From a virus, in IMG/VR virus record IMGVR_UViG_3300023174_000075, positions 1 to 64,000 of that record: a stretch of DNA of 64,000 bases; one strand, 5' to 3'. The first letter of the stretch is position 1. Every line of letters begins with the position of its first letter. The notes below the pieces were generated by a model. That model made no database searches. It saw nothing but the letters and a program-made list of their open reading frames with translations, and was not told where the DNA came from. The translations under genes and the position numbers were made by a program. Positions 20,655 through 29,736 of the stretch are shown piece by piece.

Positions 20655-21329
20655 CTATTTGCCGCTATATTCATAATCTAGTATTTTACCTACTAGATCT
20701 GAGCGATGGTTATGTTTAAGTTTAACCCATTTAATTTCTGGGATTTTTTTAGATAATTCTATAATATATGATAAACCATTCATTTCTCCATTTTTGGTAG
20801 TAATGTCTGTTTGTTCATTATCGCCATTGATTATAATACGACCATTTTTACCAAGTCGTGTAAGAATAGCAAGCATTTCAGCTTTAGTAAGGTTTTGTGC
20901 TTCTTCCACCACAAGTACATCATCAATCGTTTTTCCACGTATGAATTGTACAGGGAGTGCTTCAACTTTATTGTCCTTGATAAGGTCGTCGATTTTAACT
21001 TTGTCATAGCATTTAACTAAATTTTCTTGGAATGCTTCTAGGTAGGGGTTGAATTTTTCATTAAGAGAACCCGGTAGAAATCCAAGTGAATGGCCTACTT
21101 CTACTGCTGCTCTTGTTACTAAAATTTTCTCGAATTGTTTTTTGAATAGGAAATCAAGTGCTGTTTGAGCCGAAACTAATGATTTACCACAACCTGCTCT
21201 ACCTGTTATAACTACTATTTGGTTATCTATGATTAACCTTTTAGCTTCCTTTTGTTCGTCGTTTAGTGTGATTTGATATTTTATATCATTTTTCAACACT
21301 TTTTTTTGCTTGGATTTATCCTCTTGCAT
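20655..21329 (-). CDS. phoH: PhoH-family ATPase
   Basis: GRAGCGKS, LGFLPG..EK..PY, FIRG.T, EEAQN, LTRLG, GD..QTD, HRS.LV. Confidence 0.95.
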   Translation of the reverse strand: MQEDKSKQKKVLKNDIKYQITLNDEQKEAKRLIIDNQIVVITGRAGCGKSLVSAQTALDFLFKKQFEKILVTRAAVEVGHSLGFLPGSLNEKFNPYLEAFQENLVKCYDKVKIDDLIKDNKVEALPVQFIRGKTIDDVLVVEEAQNLTKAEMLAILTRLGKNGRIIINGDNEQTDITTKNGEMNGLSYIIELSKKIPEIKWVKLKHNHRSDLVGKILDYEYSGK

Positions 21330-21366
21330 AAGACTGTATGTTGGTTACTTATAAATATTAAATAAA

Positions 21367-22113
21367 TTATGCTATCTGTGTTACTGTTAATATTATTGAT
21401 GGTGTTGCGGGTCTTGTTGGTGTTGATTGTGTTCCTTTTGCTAGTAGCCGTCCTTCCGTAGTTGTTTTTGAATATTTTAGTTCTACGTAACTACCGCTTG
21501 CTATTTGAGTTAAAAAGTTTAAGGCTGCTAACACGTATCCTCCACCAGTTATTTTTTCAATGGTAAAATCACTATTTGAGTTAGCAATATTAGAACCAGT
21601 CATAGCAAACCAAATTGAAAAGTCAACTGCTTGATTGACTGTCGTATTTAGCTGTGATGAAAATTGAATATTATATACCCCTGTGTTTGCTACTGTTATT
21701 CTACTTCCGGCTACTAAGCTCACTCCTTGAGAGAAATCAGTTGTATTAAAGGTTGCTGAGTAAGCAGTATCTGCTGATCCCGATTGTGTTGTTGTACTGC
21801 TGAATTGTCCGTAGTTAAACTGCTTGTTACCGTTTACATAGAAACCATCGTTTATATTTAGTGATGATCCGGAGCCTAATGTTAGTGAACCTGTTATTAT
21901 TTGGTTACCTACTAAATTAATAGAACCAGATACAAAAAAACTACCAGTATGAGGAGTTGCGATAAATTCAGCTATTGATGGATTATTACCACCTCGTTTA
22001 AAATATGCTTTACCATCAACTGTGTTAAATGCTATTTCATTTAAATTAATGGAGGATGTTGTAGGAACAACACCAGCGACGTTACTATATTTTATATCTA
22101 TTTTATTAGCCAT
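21367..22113 (-). CDS. Fibre / head-decoration-like structural protein
   Basis: EIAFNTVDGKAY motif, beta-sandwich C-terminus (ANTGVYNIQFS); directly after capsid gene. Confidence 0.55.
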   Translation of the reverse strand: MANKIDIKYSNVAGVVPTTSSINLNEIAFNTVDGKAYFKRGGNNPSIAEFIATPHTGSFFVSGSINLVGNQIITGSLTLGSGSSLNINDGFYVNGNKQFNYGQFSSTTTQSGSADTAYSATFNTTDFSQGVSLVAGSRITVANTGVYNIQFSSQLNTTVNQAVDFSIWFAMTGSNIANSNSDFTIEKITGGGYVLAALNFLTQIASGSYVELKYSKTTTEGRLLAKGTQSTPTRPATPSIILTVTQIA

Positions 22114-22132
22114 ATCTAATATAAATATGAAT

Positions 22133-22162
22133 AAAAGAACCCAGGCTTACGGGCCTGGGTTC
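22133..22162 (-). terminator. Strong intrinsic terminator after major capsid gene
   Basis: GAACCCAGGC-CCGTAA-GCCTGGGTTC-TTTT, perfect 10-bp stem. Confidence 0.85.
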
Positions 22163-22196
22163 AAAGTTATAATACTAAGACTATAACGGAGTTATA

Positions 22197-23864
22197 TTAG
22201 ATAGTATTTAAACCACTAACGAAAATTTTACCATAATAATCAGGACGGATCATCTTCTTTGCATATCTTGTCATCAAACCTTTACGTGGAGTAAATGTAG
22301 ATGGATCGTAAAGAAGTGGAGTCATAATTAACGGAACGTATGGAGCAAATACAGCACCACACTCTAGGAATTGGTTTCCTTTGTAACCCATTAAAATAAC
22401 ATTTTCAGTCATATAAGGATTCTTATAAACTTTATAACGGCTATTTAATGAACCTACTTTTTGGATACCAAAATTGAATTCCATTTTCTCACCAGTACCA
22501 TCTGAAGCAAATCCTGGGATTGACTCGATGATTGTAGCAACTGTTGGAGAACAAACCATGAAGTTTGCACCGCCTCTTAAAGTCAACTGATGTATTTTGT
22601 TACTAACTTTTTGTAATTTAGTTCCTAAAGTTTGGAACCAACCACCTTGTGTATTGTAGAAACCAGCTGTGTTAACAGTTGGGTTAGCAGATAATACGTT
22701 ATTGTTAACTGTAACAGTAGTGTTGTTAACTGCAGACCAAGCATCAACTGTGAATGCATTTTGGATCAACATATCTAACAATTCCAAATCAATTTCCATT
22801 GAAATGTATTGAGATAAGATACCAGTCAATTCAGCTTCAGCATCTACGCTATGGTAAGCGTTCAAATCCTGAGCGAATTCTGGTGTCCATTGTGCTTTCA
22901 ATTTACGAGTTTTAGCAACAATAGGCTCAGATTTTAACTGAACGTTAATTTCTGGAATAGCAATATTGTTTTGAGTACCTAATTGACCAGTTGGATAACC
23001 ACCACCTGAAGCATCTTCAAAATCACCACGTGCTTGAGCACCTGTAGCACCAAGAGCTTGAGGAGATTTGTCATAGAACAAAGTCCAAGTACCTGCTTCA
23101 GCTGGTTTTACTTTAGAAGCAGAAACGAATAAAGAAGCTGTAGTTTGAGCAGCGTTAACTGTAGTAAAGTTTTGTAAAATATCAGTAACAGCAACTAAAG
23201 CACCAGCAGAACCAGATTGAGCTACGAATGCTCTTACACCATTTCCATCAGCTCCAGAAGGAAGAGGAAATAATAATTTAACCCATTGACCAGCAGCCGC
23301 CATAGAAGCTGAGTAATCAGAATCAAAGTTAAAATCAGCCCAAGTAGCAGAACTACTTACTGGAGCTGTAATAGATTGAGTAAATTGGTTGATTGAGTAA
23401 CCAAATTTACCAGCACCATACAATGAAGCTGAAGCGATATCAGTTACGTTTGTTGTGTTATTAGCACCATATAATGAACCACCATTAGTGAATGGAGAAA
23501 CACCAGTACCATATTTGAAATCAAGATAGAATACAAGACCTGAAGGTAAGTTCATTGGTTGTACACTAACGAATTCTTTAGCAGCGATTTCACCGAATAC
23601 TCTTCTTACTAATGGAAGAGCTACTCCGTTCCAAGCTTCTTGTCCATAAGCACCACCACCTATAGTACCAGTACCAGTTGAAGATGCTTCTGTAACTAAT
23701 TGTTTTGCCTGATTTTCCAATAGCACAGCCATTGTGTTGCGATCAGTTTCGCTTTTCATACCTTCTAAAAGGCCAGACTTAACCCACTTTGAGTTAAGCT
23801 TTTTTGCGTCATCAGCAATTACTTTATACTGATTTGACGATTCTAATAATTGTTGTACGTTCAT
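22197..23864 (-). CDS. gp23: Major capsid protein (T4 gp23-like)
   Basis: LENQ, LVRR, VQPM..PSGL.F, AKTRKLKA.WT.E.AQDL.A.H..DAEAEL, APYVPL, P..G.MTRY; probable protease site LVTE/AS. Confidence 0.97.
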   Translation of the reverse strand: MNVQQLLESSNQYKVIADDAKKLNSKWVKSGLLEGMKSETDRNTMAVLLENQAKQLVTEASSTGTGTIGGGAYGQEAWNGVALPLVRRVFGEIAAKEFVSVQPMNLPSGLVFYLDFKYGTGVSPFTNGGSLYGANNTTNVTDIASASLYGAGKFGYSINQFTQSITAPVSSSATWADFNFDSDYSASMAAAGQWVKLLFPLPSGADGNGVRAFVAQSGSAGALVAVTDILQNFTTVNAAQTTASLFVSASKVKPAEAGTWTLFYDKSPQALGATGAQARGDFEDASGGGYPTGQLGTQNNIAIPEINVQLKSEPIVAKTRKLKAQWTPEFAQDLNAYHSVDAEAELTGILSQYISMEIDLELLDMLIQNAFTVDAWSAVNNTTVTVNNNVLSANPTVNTAGFYNTQGGWFQTLGTKLQKVSNKIHQLTLRGGANFMVCSPTVATIIESIPGFASDGTGEKMEFNFGIQKVGSLNSRYKVYKNPYMTENVILMGYKGNQFLECGAVFAPYVPLIMTPLLYDPSTFTPRKGLMTRYAKKMIRPDYYGKIFVSGLNTI

Positions 23865-23884
23865 TTTAATGAAGTTTTTGTTTT

Positions 23885-24919
23885 TTATTTAATAATGTTT
23901 GCAAGCTTTTGCATTCTAGTGATAGCATCATTTGTTTCAACGATTGCTTTTCTAGGTGCATTTCCAGCCGCTCTTGAAGCGAATCCGTAAGATTCTTTTA
24001 TTGCTTGTTTAGGAGCAGTTGTTAAGTTAGCGTTCAATGATTCGAATACAACTTTAGCTTCTTTAGCTGTAGTTGCTTTATCAAATGAAGCAATAACTTT
24101 TAATTTTTGTGATTCAGATAAATTCTTAGATTTGAAGATTTTATTAACATAAAGCAACTTAGCATTTAACAAGTTAACTTCATTTAATTCATTGCGAAGA
24201 GTATTGATAGTAGCAATAGCTTCTTTCATTTCTTTTTTCTCTTCTTCTTCTTTAGCTTTTTTAGCTTTCATTTTTTTAGCTTCATACATAGATTCTTCTT
24301 CCATGTCGTCACCTTCGTTAAAAGCATCTAATTCAGCTAATAATTCATCAAGATTAATTTCATCTTCTTCTTCGCCACCCATGTTCATTGGCTCTTCTCC
24401 AGCTTCTTCTTCAGCTTCCGCTTCAGGTCCTTCAGCTTCTTCAGCTTCAATTTCCTGAGTAACGATGTCTTTAATAAGAGCTTTCAAATCTTCAACAGAC
24501 ATATCAGCAACATCTTCAGATTCTTCATCTTCTTCTTCTTCATCTTCTTCTTTAGCTTCAAAAAGATTTGCATCTTCTTCAAGTTCAGCTAAGATTTCAG
24601 ATAAATCAAAATCTTCTTCTAAATCTTCATTTGCATAATCATATGGATCCGTATCCATATCCATTTCTTCTAGATTGAAATCAAGATTTTCATCACTATC
24701 ATCTCCATGAGATGTAGTAAATCCTTCTTCCATTTCTTCTTCGCCCTCGTATCCTTCTTCTTCCATTTCATATTCCATCTCGTTTAACTTTGCAGCTAAC
24801 ATAGATTGTAATTTTGGAGTCAGAGCTTCTTCAAGAGCGACTTTTGCGTTTGCTAACGCAGCTTCGCGAACGGCTTTAGCGTCGGCGATAGCCTCTTTAA
24901 ATAGGTTTTTGTTTGACAT
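23885..24919 (-). CDS. Prohead scaffolding protein (T4 gp22-like)
   Basis: Highly acidic coiled coil between protease and capsid genes; many (I/L)xE sites; ends RMQKLANIIK. Confidence 0.8.
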   Translation of the reverse strand: MSNKNLFKEAIADAKAVREAALANAKVALEEALTPKLQSMLAAKLNEMEYEMEEEGYEGEEEMEEGFTTSHGDDSDENLDFNLEEMDMDTDPYDYANEDLEEDFDLSEILAELEEDANLFEAKEEDEEEEDEESEDVADMSVEDLKALIKDIVTQEIEAEEAEGPEAEAEEEAGEEPMNMGGEEEDEINLDELLAELDAFNEGDDMEEESMYEAKKMKAKKAKEEEEKKEMKEAIATINTLRNELNEVNLLNAKLLYVNKIFKSKNLSESQKLKVIASFDKATTAKEAKVVFESLNANLTTAPKQAIKESYGFASRAAGNAPRKAIVETNDAITRMQKLANIIK

Positions 24920-24927
24920 AAAATGTT

Positions 24928-24934
24928 CTCCTTA
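24928..24934 (-). promoter_or_regulatory. Shine-Dalgarno-like TAAGGAG 8 nt upstream of the scaffold ATG
   Basis: Minus strand TAAGGAGAACATTTTATG; the only clear SD I noticed in the window. Confidence 0.55.
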
Positions 24935-25009
24935 AATTTTTTTTAGGAAATAAGATTATTGGGAATCTTAATGTGTGGGGTTTTAAAAATGCCGAGCTAT
25001 CATGAGGAT

Positions 25010-25040
25010 AAAAAATGGATAGCTATTGTAGGCTATCCAT
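25010..25040 (-). terminator. Terminator-like hairpin in the scaffold leader region
   Basis: ATGGATAGC-CTACAATA-GCTATCCAT followed by TTTTT. Confidence 0.6.
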
Positions 25041-25074
25041 AAATATATGTAGATATTAAAAACCGCGAATTGTT

Positions 25075-25677
25075 TTATACAGCTGCTATTTTTTGGGCTA
25101 AAGATATTACCTCAGATGATTTGAATGCGGTTAAGCCACCTTCTAATCCTGCTGCTACAGTACTATGAGCTTGAGCAGCTCCTAATCCACTGGATATAGC
25201 AGCTGCTGCTAGCATAGCGGCATAAACACCATGAGCTGTTTTATATAAAGCTGAATTATGGTCTGTTACTTTTTGACCAGTATATGTTTTAGGGAAAGCT
25301 TTAATTAAGATTTCACCTATAACTTTTAAATAGGTTTCTTCTAATTGATGACCCCATTTTTTAAGAGCATTACCAACTACTGTACCTTGTTTTTTATCTT
25401 TTTGAAATACACCTGATATAGCATTAACACCTTTACCTAATAAACTTATTAAGCCAGGAGCTCCTGCTACTAATCCTAATGCTAATCCCGCTGCTTCTTG
25501 CATTTTACCATCTTGTGGAGATGGTTTAATATTATTTTCACCTGAACGAAGCATAGATAATGCTTGCTTTAAGGCTATTTGAGCATCTTTTTCAGCTACT
25601 GGATCGATTTGTATTTTTTCTGCTTCAGTTATGATGCCAGCTAATTTCTGGAATCGTTTTGCTTCTTGTATTAACAT
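25075..25677 (-). CDS. Putative capsid-internal protein with RFQKLAGI tag and hydrophobic Ala/Gly helices
   Basis: MLIQEAKRFQKLAGIITEA; ATG overlaps protease stop. Confidence 0.65.
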   Translation of the reverse strand: MLIQEAKRFQKLAGIITEAEKIQIDPVAEKDAQIALKQALSMLRSGENNIKPSPQDGKMQEAAGLALGLVAGAPGLISLLGKGVNAISGVFQKDKKQGTVVGNALKKWGHQLEETYLKVIGEILIKAFPKTYTGQKVTDHNSALYKTAHGVYAAMLAAAAISSGLGAAQAHSTVAAGLEGGLTAFKSSEVISLAQKIAAV

Positions 25678-26294
25678 AGTGGACACACGCCTGTTTGTGA
25701 ACAGATTATTTCAGTTATTAATGAATTTACTTTACTATAATCTTTAGTTTTGTATTGCTTACTTTCATTCATTGTACCTAATTTACCAACTGGTTGCATA
25801 TATGCATTTGGTGTACTTGGTACTGATACTAGGTCCCAACATAATAATTCAAAATCATCTTGTACTTCAACTGTCTCTCCTAATTGCTTAACAGAACCCA
25901 TACCACGTGATGATATACCTAATGGTATTCCAGCGCTTACTAATTCCATTGCAATTTTACCTGATGGTGTTTGAAGTAATTCAAGTTGACCCATCAAATC
26001 ATTACCATCCCACCACACTTTTTTTATGTTGTGTGATACGTTTGATAAGTTGATAATTGATGCTTCAGGGTGATCTAATTCACCCATAGCATTATTTTGC
26101 TTAACAGGACCATCAATATATTTTTGCACCTCACGTTCAAGTATTTCGCGAGGATATACACGACCATTACCGTTTTTTACTTCGGCTTCTTGTAACTTAC
26201 CCTGCAATAACATTCTACCGTTAGTAGATTTACCTTCGGTAAGTGTTAATTTAGCAATTCTAAATGGTGTGTGGTCTATTAAAAGTTGTTTCAT
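25671..26294 (-). CDS. gp21: Prohead maturation protease (T4 gp21-like)
   Basis: N.NGRVYP, GELDHP, SH, TPSG.I, GISSRGMGS, D.V..PS..NA. Confidence 0.95.
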   Translation of the reverse strand: MKQLLIDHTPFRIAKLTLTEGKSTNGRMLLQGKLQEAEVKNGNGRVYPREILEREVQKYIDGPVKQNNAMGELDHPEASIINLSNVSHNIKKVWWDGNDLMGQLELLQTPSGKIAMELVSAGIPLGISSRGMGSVKQLGETVEVQDDFELLCWDLVSVPSTPNAYMQPVGKLGTMNESKQYKTKDYSKVNSLITEIICSQTGVCPLC

Positions 26295-26304
26295 TTATAA
26301 TATA

Positions 26305-27510
26305 TTATTCGTTATCTAGTCCTGTACGGCTCATTGGTTCCATTCCATCCATATTTTCAGCTATTTTTTTAATAACTTCTTTAAGTTTATTTAAATCATA
26401 TTGACCTAAATTAGTAGTTGACATTTTATGTTTTGGTTTTAGGAAATAAGCAATTGTTGGTGCTTTATCGTCATGTTCTTCAATATCTTCTTCAACTTCA
26501 AATTGTAATTCTAATTTATTAAATACATCATCTGGTATTGCTTCCCAATAGTTGTATTTTAAAATAGCATCATCTTTACCGTTTTGAATTGTAAATTCGT
26601 CTGAATGTTGTTTCAATAATGGATTAGATTCGATAAATTGCATAGCTAATTTAACAGCTTCGTTTGGTTCTTCACCAGGAAAATTATTTAATTTAACTTC
26701 TTTTACTGCAATTTTTTTCATTTTTTCACCAGTTGCATCCATTTTTTGAACACCACGTGTTGATTTAGCGATAAGTGACATTAATGAAACACCTTTTTCC
26801 ATTTTATTTGTTTCACCACCTTTATCAGAATCTTTTTTTGCTTTTTCCACATCTTTTACGGGTTGCATTCCCATTTTCTTATCAACTACATTACCCATAT
26901 TTTTTTCAAGGTATTGCATTTGATGTGCTTCTGGATTTGTTGATTTTCCACCTATATATTCTGGTTCATATCCTTCAACACCAGACATATCCCAAGATGT
27001 ATAGTAAAGTGGGTTTTTCTTTAATTTTTTAATTACTATCTTAGTAGCTTCATTTTTAGTTAATTCAGGATTACATTGCATTTCCCAATCAATACCTTGT
27101 GTTACTTCATGCCCATTTAAATTATCAACTTCTTTGAATTGATCATACATTGCTTTTCCGTTAGCGTTTGTCCATTTACCTTTTTCGTCTTTAGCTTCAT
27201 TTAATGATTCAGCTTCAGAGTAAAGTTTATTAGCGATATCATTAGCGGCTTGAGGACTTAATCCCATATCTTCTAATTTGTCCACAGCAGCTTCATAGCT
27301 TCCTGCAGCTAATGCAATTTCTTCGGCAGCATCTGGGTCTAGCATTTCTGTTAATATACCTTTATTTTTAAGGATTTTAACTGAGTCTTCAAATGAAGAT
27401 AAATTAGTAATGTATTGAGGTAAGGTCATACGTAAATTACGCATAAAATTAGCTTGCGTCATGTTACCTTCACGTAAATCGATGTACTGTTGTTTAATAC
27501 TTTTTAACAT
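26305..27510 (-). CDS. Putative prohead core / internal protein
   Basis: Head module; charged; ILTE, LNEA, VKEV candidate processing sites. Confidence 0.6.
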   Translation of the reverse strand: MLKSIKQQYIDLREGNMTQANFMRNLRMTLPQYITNLSSFEDSVKILKNKGILTEMLDPDAAEEIALAAGSYEAAVDKLEDMGLSPQAANDIANKLYSEAESLNEAKDEKGKWTNANGKAMYDQFKEVDNLNGHEVTQGIDWEMQCNPELTKNEATKIVIKKLKKNPLYYTSWDMSGVEGYEPEYIGGKSTNPEAHQMQYLEKNMGNVVDKKMGMQPVKDVEKAKKDSDKGGETNKMEKGVSLMSLIAKSTRGVQKMDATGEKMKKIAVKEVKLNNFPGEEPNEAVKLAMQFIESNPLLKQHSDEFTIQNGKDDAILKYNYWEAIPDDVFNKLELQFEVEEDIEEHDDKAPTIAYFLKPKHKMSTTNLGQYDLNKLKEVIKKIAENMDGMEPMSRTGLDNE

Positions 27511-27511
27511 A

Positions 27512-28039
27512 TTATGTAGTTGTTTTATATTTCCATTTAAATCCGCCTGATTTTTTAATTTTATTTAATGCACAAGTACTAATATTAGTTATACCTGTTT
27601 GTCGTTGTGCTTCAGACACAGATGGGTATGTCTGGATATAATTATTATTTAGATCAAATTGATGTACAGGCTTTGATGTGTATCCTCCAACACTCCAATT
27701 ATTTTTTCCTAACATTGATTTACTAATTTTTTGTTTAGTTATATCAGATTTAGGGAAATGGTATTTATTAGAAGGACATCCAACACCTTTTTTACTCATA
27801 TTATAAAATAATGGATTTTCATATGCATTAAAATATTCAATCCAATATTCTTCCATTTCTTGTTTAAACTCTTCAGGTCCTTCCCACAATGTAACTCGTT
27901 CAAAATTTTCTTTATTATGTTTTTTAACTGCTATTTTTAATCTAAATCCACTTCCTAAATAATTAGGATTATTAGCACTATGACTTCCTATATATTTTTT
28001 ACCATTAATTTTATTATGTGTGCAATATACTATAGCCAT
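27512..28039 (-). mobile_element. Free-standing GIY-YIG homing endonuclease (Seg-like, NUMOD domains)
   Basis: IVY...NKINGKKYIGS, YLGSG, E.YWI, YN; TKQKISKS; KPVHQFDL....Y.S..EA.R...GFKWKY. Confidence 0.85.
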
Positions 28040-28048
28040 TTTGTTAAA

Positions 28049-28180
28049 TTAAGCTCTTCCTTGACCAACGTATTTTTTTGGTCTTGGAGTATGTTTGTTA
28101 AATGACTTTTTTGCTGCACCTTTTTTACGAGCACCGAATGTTAATTTTTTAACGTCGCTTGTTCCTTTTGCCTTTGCCAT
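28049..28180 (-). CDS. 43-aa highly basic protein MAKAKGTSDVKKLTFGARKKGAAKKSFNKHTPRPKKYVGQGRA
   Basis: Translated by hand; fills the gap between flanking genes; below ORF-track cutoff. Confidence 0.75.
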   Translation of the reverse strand: MAKAKGTSDVKKLTFGARKKGAAKKSFNKHTPRPKKYVGQGRA

Positions 28181-28183
28181 TTA

Positions 28184-28846
28184 CTAATGTAAATTTTTTA
28201 TTTTATTATTTAATTGATTTACCATTTCTGATATGGTTGCTATATTGCTTTCTGTTTTCTTCCAGTATTTTAATCCTTCTTCACCTTCACTTAATTCTTG
28301 TTTCATACGAGATGTATATTCAACAATACGATCAATTTCAGATAATTTACGTTTTACTTCACGAATTGCTTTATGTAGTTGTTCGTTTTTAGTACGGAAT
28401 TTAACTTCGTTTTTAAATTTATGATATGTTACTTCATTAATCAATTCTTCTTTTACGATGTTTATTATGGATTCATTCATACTTTCTTTTTTATAATAAT
28501 CGTCTCCTTTTATACCACCACCTGTATATCCGCTTGGTGCTGTATAGTCACTTGGTGCCCCTTGGTATGATGCTTTATCGTAATTACTTTCGTTATATAT
28601 TTTATTTCTTTTTTTCTTATTGCTCCAAAGTGATTTATAATCTTTTACTTTAGAATCACCTGGCATTGTAGTTTCACCTTTAGTAACAGTAAAGCCTTGC
28701 TTTTTAGCTGTTTTTGTAGCTGCATTTTCTCCTTGTCCCCTACGAGAAAAAGCCATTGGACTTAGATAACCACCAGCATCACCAGATGCTGATTCTTCAT
28801 CTAGTATTTCGCGTGTAAGTGATTTTATATATTCTTTTAAAGTCAT
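28184..28846 (-). CDS. Putative prohead core / internal protein
   Basis: MTLKEYIKSLTREILDEE; several (I/L/M)NE sites; C-terminal coiled coil. Confidence 0.65.
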   Translation of the reverse strand: MTLKEYIKSLTREILDEESASGDAGGYLSPMAFSRRGQGENAATKTAKKQGFTVTKGETTMPGDSKVKDYKSLWSNKKKRNKIYNESNYDKASYQGAPSDYTAPSGYTGGGIKGDDYYKKESMNESIINIVKEELINEVTYHKFKNEVKFRTKNEQLHKAIREVKRKLSEIDRIVEYTSRMKQELSEGEEGLKYWKKTESNIATISEMVNQLNNKIKNLH

Positions 28847-29700
28847 TACTTTACCGATTTTAATTCAGCTATTAATTGGTGAAATTGGAGTAAAGCCATG
28901 ATATTATCATCTTTTACATTTTGATTTTTATCAAGTGGCTTTAATATATTTACTACTTCATTTATTTTAATCTGAGTAGTTTTATCTGTTACTGTTGTAT
29001 TCATTTTATTTAGTTCTGCTCTAATAGCAGCAAAATGATTATTAACAAATTCACGTAATTTAACAGTATTAGATATATTGTTGATATATTCTTTTAATAC
29101 AGATTTTTGAGCATTAGACATATTATTGTATTTGCTATTAAATCTTTCAAGTAATGTCTTATATACCAAAATACGTGTGCCTTTATCCATAGAAAGATAT
29201 TCTTCCATTACACGGTCTGTAACTTCATCTTTATTAACTTCTTTACGAGTAATATGTTCAAGTAAATTTACTTTATTTTCAATAACTTGAGATGGTTCAA
29301 TAAATTCTAATGAATTGTGTGCTTCAATTAAGTTAAAAGCAGCAGCATATTGTGAATAATTGTTGATTTTAGATTTAAAAAATTCTTCTAAATCATAAGA
29401 TTCACGAATATCTTTAATAATGTTGTACTTTTCTTTACGTAATGCAGAACGATTTAAGCGTGAAGATATTTCAAGAGTAGCATTAATTAATGATTCAGCT
29501 TTACCTTCAGTTAGTGCTTTTGAGCTAACTAAAGCCTGATATAATTTATGTTCCTTAGCCAATTCTGACTTAGAAAAATATTTTCTAATTAAATTAATAG
29601 CTGCAGAGTCTTTGCCAGATACAGTATCTGATGCGACTTGTCTTACTAGTAATTCAAATAGTATACCAGTATTTTTAAATTTGCTATGTTTTATTTTCAT
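28846..29700 (-). CDS. Conserved helical head-module protein
   Basis: MKIKHSKFKNTGILFELL; immediately after portal. Confidence 0.75.
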   Translation of the reverse strand: MKIKHSKFKNTGILFELLVRQVASDTVSGKDSAAINLIRKYFSKSELAKEHKLYQALVSSKALTEGKAESLINATLEISSRLNRSALRKEKYNIIKDIRESYDLEEFFKSKINNYSQYAAAFNLIEAHNSLEFIEPSQVIENKVNLLEHITRKEVNKDEVTDRVMEEYLSMDKGTRILVYKTLLERFNSKYNNMSNAQKSVLKEYINNISNTVKLREFVNNHFAAIRAELNKMNTTVTDKTTQIKINEVVNILKPLDKNQNVKDDNIMALLQFHQLIAELKSVK

Positions 29701-29736
29701 ATAAGTTAGTATGCACTACCAATAAATATGTAGTTA

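Noticed and set aside
24190-24780. TCTTCT-rich low-complexity DNA as a repeat element
   Set aside because: Explained by Glu codons in the acidic scaffold protein
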